A DNA stretch of 41,140 bases from Sandaracinaceae bacterium (GTDB taxonomy: Bacteria > Myxococcota_A > Polyangia > Polyangiales > Sandaracinaceae): positions 1 to 41,140 of the forward strand of contig JBGAQA010000058.1 in assembly GCA_044220955.1 (NCBI GenBank), in the 5' to 3' direction. Position 1 is the stretch's first letter. Every line of letters begins with the position of its first letter. Under the pieces are notes generated by a model that was given only the letters and a program-made list of their open reading frames with translations, had not been told where the DNA came from and searched no databases. Shown piece after piece: positions 34,613 through 41,140 of this stretch. The position numbers and the translations under genes are program-made.

Positions 34613-35278
34613 TCAGGGCGTCTTCTGCTTGCTCCGCACGAGCGCCTTGCCCTCGAGCAGCTTCGTGTGGGCGTCCCACGCGGCGCTCTCCGCGTCGCTC
34701 GCGCGCCAGAGCGTGAAGTGGCACGTCGTCGCGCCCGCGGGGATCGTCGAGTCGAACTTCACCTGCCAGCCGCGCTCGCCCGCGACGTCGGCGAGCGCCG
34801 TCATCATGCCCCGCACGAAGTAGCGCTGGATGCGGCAGTCGAAGGCGCCGTAATGGTCCTGGTGCGGGCACCAGAGGATGTCGAAGGTGACCTTGCCCTC
34901 GTCGTCGATCCGGGGTGCCTCGAGCGAGGCGTAAGCGATGCGGTTGATCACCGTCGCGTAGAACGACACCAGCTCGGCCTGGGTCATCGCCTCCGGGATC
35001 ACGACGCCCGCGAGGATCTGCCGGCCCACGTCGAGGCCGATGGTCTCGATCGCGGCCGCGACGACGCGCTGCCCCTCCTCGCCGAACGCGCGCTCGCTCG
35101 CCTCGAGCACGGACACGAGCGCCATCGCCTGCATCGTCCCCCACTGCCAGAGCGTCGCGGGATCGAAGTCGGTCTTGCCGAGCACCTCTTCACGCAGACG
35201 CCTCAGTCCCTTGGCGTAGGGCTGCTGGAAGTGGAACTCCTTCCAGCGCGGCTCGTCGCGGTGCTCCCAGTGCGCCAT
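34613..35278 (-). CDS. Hypothetical protein, ATC-hydrolase/V4R-like fold suspected
   Basis: Start MAHWEHR (TGATG overlap). Pattern FGEEG..VV...I..IG...G followed by WCPH, FDCR and IPAGATTCHF, reminiscent of V4R/ATC hydrolase proteins. Confidence 0.7.
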   Translation of the reverse strand: MAHWEHRDEPRWKEFHFQQPYAKGLRRLREEVLGKTDFDPATLWQWGTMQAMALVSVLEASERAFGEEGQRVVAAAIETIGLDVGRQILAGVVIPEAMTQAELVSFYATVINRIAYASLEAPRIDDEGKVTFDILWCPHQDHYGAFDCRIQRYFVRGMMTALADVAGERGWQVKFDSTIPAGATTCHFTLWRASDAESAAWDAHTKLLEGKALVRSKQKTP

Positions 35279-35757
35279 CAGAAGAAGCTCCGGCGGCGCC
35301 GCTTGCTCGTGGCGAAGTCCATCACGAAGCGCGCGAAGAACGAGTCGCCGCGCTGGCGTGCCTCGGCGATCGCGAGATCCTGCGCCGAGGTACGCGGCGG
35401 CGGCGCGAAGGTCCCGGGGGGCGCGTTCTCGAGCGCGGCCAGCGCCTCGCCCTCGCCCGCGTCGAAGAAGAAGCCGCCGCAGTCCTCGCAGAGGTCGATC
35501 TCGACGCTCCCGTCCGCCTTCTTGATCGAGAACGCGGTCATGGGCGGGTGGCCGGCGGGGCAGGCGCGGCTCGAAGGCCCCGCGCGCTGGGCGCGCCCGT
35601 CCTCGAGCAGGAACTTGATCTCCGCGTCGGGCCCGAAGGCCGACACGCCCTCGCCCGCGTCGAGGAACGTTGCGCCGCAGCCGGGGCACACGTCGATCTC
35701 GGCGAACGTCTTCTTCGTCGGCGTCATCGGCTTCTGGCAGTCGGGACAGGTGCGCAT
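35278..35757 (-). CDS. Double zf-TFIIB-type zinc-ribbon protein
   Basis: CPDC..PM...EIDVCPGCG..FLDAGE repeated as CPAGH.PM...EIDLCEDCGGFFFDAGE; ATG 35757. Confidence 0.88.
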   Translation of the reverse strand: MRTCPDCQKPMTPTKKTFAEIDVCPGCGATFLDAGEGVSAFGPDAEIKFLLEDGRAQRAGPSSRACPAGHPPMTAFSIKKADGSVEIDLCEDCGGFFFDAGEGEALAALENAPPGTFAPPPRTSAQDLAIAEARQRGDSFFARFVMDFATSKRRRRSFF

Positions 35758-35803
35758 GCCGCGACGGTAAAGCACGCGCTCTCGCGCTACAACGGGCCCG
35801 CGG

Positions 35804-36325
35804 ATGGCCGACGAGACGGAAGACGACGAGCGCGACGAAGAAGAGGCCCCCAAGCCCAAGGGCCCGCTCTACATGACGCCCGCCGGCTGGCGCGTGCTCA
35901 AGGACGAGCTCGAGCACCTCGGGACGGTCGAGCGCCCGAAGGTCTGCCAGGGCGTCGCCGACGCGGCCGCCGAGGGCGACCGCAGCGAGAACGCCGAGTA
36001 CATCTACGGCAAGCGGCGCCTGCGGCAGATCGACTCGCGCATGCGCTTCCTGCGCAAGATCGTGGAGAACGCCTCCCTCGTCGATCCGGCCATCGATCGG
36101 GGCGACAAGGTGTTCTTCGGCGCCACCGTGGTTCTCGAGGCGGAGGGCGAGCGCCTGACCTACCAGCTCGTCGGCCAGCACGAGACCGACGCCGAGCGCG
36201 GCAAGATCAGCTACCTGTCGCCCATCGGCGCGGCGCTGATGCGCAAGAGCGTGGAGGACGAGGTGGTGGTCGAGACCCCCCGCGGCAAGCGACGGTTCGC
36301 GATCGTCGACGTCGTGTACCGGTAG
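35804..36325 (+). CDS. greB: Transcription elongation factor GreB
   Basis: YMTPAG, ERPKV, AAAEGDRSENAEYIYGKRRLRQID.R.RFL (GreB-type), VFFGATV, ISYLSPIG.AL. Confidence 0.96.
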   Translation: MADETEDDERDEEEAPKPKGPLYMTPAGWRVLKDELEHLGTVERPKVCQGVADAAAEGDRSENAEYIYGKRRLRQIDSRMRFLRKIVENASLVDPAIDRGDKVFFGATVVLEAEGERLTYQLVGQHETDAERGKISYLSPIGAALMRKSVEDEVVVETPRGKRRFAIVDVVYR

Positions 36326-36381
36326 CGCCGCGAGCGCGGAGCCCGGTTGCGCTTCCGGCCGGGAGTGCGTACGAGGCCAGG

Positions 36382-36864
36382 ATGTCCAAGCCCGCGTCTC
36401 TCGCACTCTGCGCCCTCGCGCTCGTGGTCACTGCCTGTGGCGGCTCGACCTCGACCGCTCCCTCGCCCGCGGAGGGCGCCTCGACGACCACGACCGAGGC
36501 GTCCACGGGGTCCGAGACACCTCCCCGGAGCCCCGGGATCTTCCGCGTGGGCGCGGTCGGCTCGTTCCGCGACGCGTTCCAGCCCGTGTTCCACCTCCAG
36601 GTCGGACCGGACCGGATCACGACGGCCTGCGAGGCGGTCGAGCGCCTCCGCGGTCATGCCGCGCAGGTCCACGCCGTGGCCGCGCCCGAGCACGTCGACC
36701 CGGATGCATGGGCCGAGGCCACGGCGGCGCTCGTCGCGGACGTCGACGCGCTCGGCGCGGAGTGCGACGCGCACGGCACGAGCATCGACGCGCGCATCGA
36801 CGCCCTGCACACCTCTTTCCACCGCGTGAAGGACCTCTCCGAGGGCCGCGTCCGCTCCAGCTGA
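36382..36864 (+). CDS. Hypothetical helical lipoprotein
   Basis: MSKPASLALCALALVVTAC lipobox, Ser/Thr linker, helical domain ending LHTSFH. Confidence 0.8.
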   Translation: MSKPASLALCALALVVTACGGSTSTAPSPAEGASTTTTEASTGSETPPRSPGIFRVGAVGSFRDAFQPVFHLQVGPDRITTACEAVERLRGHAAQVHAVAAPEHVDPDAWAEATAALVADVDALGAECDAHGTSIDARIDALHTSFHRVKDLSEGRVRSS

Positions 36865-36877
36865 TCAGCGCGTCTCG

Positions 36878-36968
36878 AATTGCTCGGCTCGCCCCTCCGG
36901 TCCCTCCCGTCCGCGCGCTCGACGCGCCCTTCCGTCCGGGCCCTGCGTGGCGAGCACTCCTGTGATGA
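36878..36968 (-). repeat. Long copy of the dispersed intergenic element (partner at 29487-29529)
   Basis: Minus strand TCATCACAG-GAGTGCTCGC-[50 nt with internal hairpin]-CGGAGGGGCGAGCCGAGCAATT, lying between convergent genes. Confidence 0.8.
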
Positions 36969-38570
36969 TCAGGGCGTGGTGTCGCAGCACACCCTGCAGT
37001 CGTGCGACTCGAGGTTCGGCCGGCCGGCGCACGCGGTCGCGTCGCACGAGTCGCCCCCCGCCGCGCCGCACGAGGGCACGCAGCGGCCACCGACCAGCAT
37101 CGTGTCGGGCGGCGAGCACGTCGGCACCGGCGGATCGATCGGGCGCGTCGCGCTCGGCGCGCGCTCGCCGCGCAGCACGCGGCCCGCCTCGCCCGCGAGG
37201 CGCATGTACCAGTCGCTCGGCAGCGCCTCGCCGTCGGCGTCGAGCGTCAGGAAGCTGCCCGTCGTCGGAGTCGCTGCGTGCGTCTCGGCGATCTCGAAGA
37301 CCGCCGTGCCCTCGTCCACCTCGTCGAACATCGCGCCGAAGAAGACGCGCGCGCCCGCGGCGTGCTCCTCGTAGAACTGCGTCCACCAGAAGCGGCCCCC
37401 GCGCCGCGGGATCTGGTTGACGGGCATCCCGCGCATGAGGTTGGCCCACGAGAAGCCGGGGAAGACGACGGGCATGTAGCGACGTCCGGCGCGGGTCGCC
37501 TCCGCGATGTCCGCATCGATCACGTCGCGCCGGAACGCCCGCGCGCCCGCGTCGTCGGCGAAGCGGCCGACCATCCACGGGTTGATCACGTCGTAGCGGC
37601 GGTACACGGCGGCCCACGCGGGGTCGCTCTGCGAGTCCGCGGTGAGCGTGCGCCAGTACGAAGGCACGCCGCCGATCACGAACGCGCGCTCGCCCGCGGG
37701 CGCGTCCCGCTGGAGCCAGTCGAGCAGCGCGTTCGCGTCGGCGGGCGAGCCCGCGCGGTCGGAGAAGCCGTAGCCCCAGACGCCGATCACCGGCAGGCCT
37801 CCCTGGTGCAGATAGCGGTCGCTCGCGAGCGCGCCCGACGCGGCGAGCGCGGCCCAGTGCTCGCGGATCCGCGCGACCGTGCTCGCCGCGGGCGCGCCGC
37901 TGATGTCGTACATCACGGCCCAGACGCGGCCGTGCGCCTCGGCGCCGGCGCGCACGTTGGCGAGCACTCCGTCGCGGAACGCGCGCGGCGGACTGCCCGG
38001 GTCGAGCTCGCTGACGAACTCCTGCAGCAGCACGCCGTCCAGGCCATGCGCCTCCATCCACGCGAAGTGGCGATCGACGGTCGCGGGCGTCCACGCGCTG
38101 AAGAGCCCGGCCGGCGCTCCCCCGGCGAGCGTCATCGCGGTCGGGAAGAGCTCGCTCGCGCCGAGCTCGCGCGTGTCCGGCCAGCACTCGAAGCTGACGT
38201 TCGCGGGCGCGGGCGTGACGCCGGGGGACCAGTGCCGCCAGCCGTCGCCGGCCGCGTCGAGCGGGGAGCCGTCGCCCTCCGCGGCGAACCAGCCCTGGTA
38301 CCCGAAGAGCAGCTTGCCGTCGATCGTGGTCGCGTCGACGACCGCAGGCGGCGGACCGGCGTCGACGCCAGGGCCCGAGTCGATGCCCGGAACGAACGCG
38401 TCCGCGGGGGTGAAGGCGTCGTTCCCCGGCCCGGCGTCGGTGCCCGGAGCGACGAAGGCGTCGTCCTGCGGAGCGGCGGCGTCGACGGCGCCCGCGTCCC
38501 GGGTGCGCGGCTGCGTGCCCTCGCAGGCCGCGAGCACGAGCGGGAGCGCGAGCACGGTGGTGAGACGCAC
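36969..38570 (-). CDS. Glycoside hydrolase GH71/GH99-like lipoprotein with C-terminal Cys-rich domain
   Basis: Lipobox LAAC; GYQGWF, VDRHFAWM..HGLDG, VMYDISG, PVVFPGFSW.N, PRRGG.F.W.Q, AMFDEVDEGTA. Confidence 0.85.
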   Translation of the reverse strand: MRLTTVLALPLVLAACEGTQPRTRDAGAVDAAAPQDDAFVAPGTDAGPGNDAFTPADAFVPGIDSGPGVDAGPPPAVVDATTIDGKLLFGYQGWFAAEGDGSPLDAAGDGWRHWSPGVTPAPANVSFECWPDTRELGASELFPTAMTLAGGAPAGLFSAWTPATVDRHFAWMEAHGLDGVLLQEFVSELDPGSPPRAFRDGVLANVRAGAEAHGRVWAVMYDISGAPAASTVARIREHWAALAASGALASDRYLHQGGLPVIGVWGYGFSDRAGSPADANALLDWLQRDAPAGERAFVIGGVPSYWRTLTADSQSDPAWAAVYRRYDVINPWMVGRFADDAGARAFRRDVIDADIAEATRAGRRYMPVVFPGFSWANLMRGMPVNQIPRRGGRFWWTQFYEEHAAGARVFFGAMFDEVDEGTAVFEIAETHAATPTTGSFLTLDADGEALPSDWYMRLAGEAGRVLRGERAPSATRPIDPPVPTCSPPDTMLVGGRCVPSCGAAGGDSCDATACAGRPNLESHDCRVCCDTTP

Positions 38571-38612
38571 GCCGGGAGGATAGCCGAGGCCGCCAGGGTC
38601 TATGCTCGCGCC

Positions 38613-40079
38613 GTGCGAACGTCGTCGATCCTCGTCGCTCTCGTCTGGGTCGGGTGCACGTGCGGCGCGGAGCCGGCGCCGCCGGCTCCCTCGGTGGTGC
38701 CACCCGGCCCGCTCGCCCCCGCCGCCCCCGCGACGGACGTGGCACCGCCCTCACCAGGCGCGCGCGTCGCGGCCCAGGCGCCCACGCGCGAGGCCGTCCT
38801 TGCGCAGATCGCGCAGCTGCGAGCGGCGCGCGCGGCCGTGCGCGCCCACCAGCTCGAGTCCGCCGCCGGCATCTTCGACGAGCTGCTCCACGTGACCCCG
38901 CGGGCGCCGCGCATCCTCTGCGAGGCTGGCTACGTGTCGCACCTCGCCGGGCGCGACGCGCAGGCGGCGTCGCGGATCGATCTGGCGCTCGATCTCTTCG
39001 GGCCCGACGCGGATCTCCCGGCGTCGCTCCGGGCTCCGGTGGCGATGTGCCTCTTCAACCGCGGGCTCGTCGCCGAGGCCCGTCACGACGTCGCGGTCGC
39101 CGCGGCGAGCTGGCAGCGCTCGCTGGCCCTGCGGCCCAACCGGGCCGTGTCGGAGCACCTCGCGCGCCTCGCGACCGAGAGCGGAGGCAGCGGCGAGGAG
39201 GACGGCGCGATCGGTGGCGTCGCGGCGCGGGCCGGTGAGCGGTCGGTGCTCGTCCTGGCCACCGACGAGGCGCGCCTGCTCGAGGCGCTCGGCAGCGGGC
39301 TCGCGGGCGAGGACTGGGACGGGGAGCCCACGACGGCGAGCACCACCGTGCTTGCGACCGTTCCACTCGCGGGCGGGCCCTACTCGCGCGCGCTCGTCGT
39401 GGGCGTCGACGACGGCAGCGCGATGCTCGGCAACACGTCGTTCGTGATCGCGCTCGAGGAGCCCTCGGGGTACCGCGTCGTGAGCGTCGCGGTCGGGTCC
39501 TACGACGCCACGGACCACGGGCACAGCGGCGGGTGCGACGCGCAGGACCTGCACGCCGACGTCGCCGAGGGGCTGCTGCGTCTCGCATACGACGTCGCGT
39601 GCGGCGAGACGAGCATGGACGAGGTCGAGGACCCCGAGGAGCGCGACGGCGTGTCCTGCTACGCGACCGACGACGACGGAGAGACGACCTCCTCGCACGT
39701 GATCCTCTGCGCGCTCGACACCGAGCCCGACTGCGTTCACTTCGTGACCGCGCGGCAGAGCACCCGTCCGCCGAGCCACACGGTGGACTGCATCGACGAG
39801 GACGGCACGGCGATGCCCGTGCCGCTCGACGCCGAGCCCGTCGTGACGGCGCGCACGGAGGACGCGCTCGCCTTCGCGCTCGACGTGCTCGCGGAGCGTC
39901 GTGTGCGCATCACGAGGCGCACCTCGCCGGGGACACCCCCGGACGGCGAGCACGCGTGGTCCGAGCTGCACGCGTGGAGCGTCGAGCAGGAGCCCGTCGG
40001 AGCACCCTCCTTCCTCTTCGACGAAGAGCGCGCGGCCGCAGAGGGGGGCGAAGAGGGCGAAGAAGGCCCGACCCGCTGA
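38613..40079 (+). CDS. Hypothetical exported/lipoprotein with TPR-like helices and acidic C-domain
   Basis: GTG 38613, signal ending WVGC, Pro-rich linker, CLFNRGLVAEA......A..SWQRSLALRPN TPR-like segment. Confidence 0.78.
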   Translation: MRTSSILVALVWVGCTCGAEPAPPAPSVVPPGPLAPAAPATDVAPPSPGARVAAQAPTREAVLAQIAQLRAARAAVRAHQLESAAGIFDELLHVTPRAPRILCEAGYVSHLAGRDAQAASRIDLALDLFGPDADLPASLRAPVAMCLFNRGLVAEARHDVAVAAASWQRSLALRPNRAVSEHLARLATESGGSGEEDGAIGGVAARAGERSVLVLATDEARLLEALGSGLAGEDWDGEPTTASTTVLATVPLAGGPYSRALVVGVDDGSAMLGNTSFVIALEEPSGYRVVSVAVGSYDATDHGHSGGCDAQDLHADVAEGLLRLAYDVACGETSMDEVEDPEERDGVSCYATDDDGETTSSHVILCALDTEPDCVHFVTARQSTRPPSHTVDCIDEDGTAMPVPLDAEPVVTARTEDALAFALDVLAERRVRITRRTSPGTPPDGEHAWSELHAWSVEQEPVGAPSFLFDEERAAAEGGEEGEEGPTR

Positions 40080-40081
40080 AC

Positions 40082-40981
40082 CTAGCGCCCGCCGAGGACG
40101 TCGGCGAGCAGCGCGGGATCGTCCGTCATGATCCCGTGCACGCCGAGGTCGAGGAGCGCCTGCATCGTGGGGCGGTCGTTCACGGTCCACGCGTGCAAGC
40201 GGACGCCGAAGCGCTCGGCGCGGGTGACGACGTCCGCAGTGACGCTGCCCTGCGGGATCTGCGCGATGAGCGTCGGCGGGACGTAGGTCGCTTCACTGCC
40301 GGGCCTCAGGTTGGCGAACGCCAGCGTCTCCGCCAAGCTCATGCCGGTCGCGAGATCGGGGCGTCGCGCGCGGATCTCGGCGACGACCGCGTCCGAGAAC
40401 GAGACCAGCACGACCCGGCTCGCGCTGCCGCTCGCGTCGACGACGGTGAGCACCTCGTCGACGATGTCGGGGCTCGTCTGCTTGATCTCGATCGAGAACC
40501 ACGCGCTCGGGTGCGCGGCGAGCACCTCCGCCAGGGTCGGCACCGTGATGCCCATCCCGCGGTACGGGTGCGTGGCGCCTCCGTCGGGCGTGAAGTCGTA
40601 GCCTGCGTCGAGCGCGCGCAGCTCGGTGAGCGTCAGCCCGTGCACCGGGCCCGTGCCGTCCGTCGTGCGATCGACGTCGTCGTCGTGCATGCACACGATC
40701 TCGCCGTCGGCGCTCGAGTGCACGTCGAGCTCGAGCACGTCGGCCCCGAGGGCCGCGGCGTTCGCGAAGGCGGGCAGCGTCTCTTCGGGGCGCAGCGCGC
40801 CGCCGCCCCGGTGCGCGATCAGGAGCGGGGCGCCGCACAGGAGGACGTGATCGGCCGGCATGCAGGGGCCGCGCGCGGCGTCGACGGGGGCGGGCGCATC
40901 GGGCGTCGCGCCGGGCGTGGCGCTGCAGGCCGCGAGGGCGAGGGCGAGGAAGGGCGCGCGGCGAAGGTGGGGCGCGAGCAT
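40082..40981 (-). CDS. Glycerophosphodiester phosphodiesterase (GDPD), lipoprotein
   Basis: IAHRGG..PEETL.AF, ELDVH, MHD..VDRTT, IEIK, WTVND, GIMTDDP; lipobox LAAC. Confidence 0.95.
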   Translation of the reverse strand: MLAPHLRRAPFLALALAACSATPGATPDAPAPVDAARGPCMPADHVLLCGAPLLIAHRGGGALRPEETLPAFANAAALGADVLELDVHSSADGEIVCMHDDDVDRTTDGTGPVHGLTLTELRALDAGYDFTPDGGATHPYRGMGITVPTLAEVLAAHPSAWFSIEIKQTSPDIVDEVLTVVDASGSASRVVLVSFSDAVVAEIRARRPDLATGMSLAETLAFANLRPGSEATYVPPTLIAQIPQGSVTADVVTRAERFGVRLHAWTVNDRPTMQALLDLGVHGIMTDDPALLADVLGGR

Positions 40982-41011
40982 GCGGGCATCGTATCCGAGG
41001 GGAGGGGGCGC

Positions 41012-41140
<129 letters not shown>

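Noticed and set aside
37002..38612. N-terminal half of the 1025-aa ORF
   Set aside because: Antisense shadow of the glycoside hydrolase; the signal peptide begins at 38613.

Overview
A very GC-rich bacterial chromosomal segment of about 37 densely packed genes. It is almost certainly from Myxococcota, probably Polyangiales/Sandaracinaceae-like, inferred from a MYXO-CTERM tail, a DUF4388 protein and Cys-rich D-A-G-linker lipoproteins. I found no rRNA, tRNA, CRISPR array, transposase or recognisable defence system. Housekeeping and metabolic genes: AI-2E transporter, amidase, SDR, MFS-acyltransferase fusion, FKBP, YcaQ/AlkZ-type glycosylase, pterin dehydratase, dipeptide epimerase, LytS/LytTR pair, allA, PaaZ/BoxD-type ALDH, split pxpAB..pxpC, greB and GDPD. 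These are interleaved with about 9 lipoproteins, three of them large adhesin-like proteins; one joins a 7-blade FG-GAP propeller to disintegrin-like repeats. The strongest unexplained signals are non-coding. (i) A composite intergenic array at 15807-16270: a 109-bp GNA-triloop multi-hairpin unit alternating with in-phase hexamer microsatellites. (ii) A second dispersed element at 29487-29529 (+) and 36878-36968 (-) that shares a core layout with the first. (iii) A pervasive leaderless-gene signature (TANNNT 6-7 nt before start codons), including back-to-back divergent promoters. All family calls come from motif recognition by eye, not database searches, and many starts were moved relative to the ORF track.
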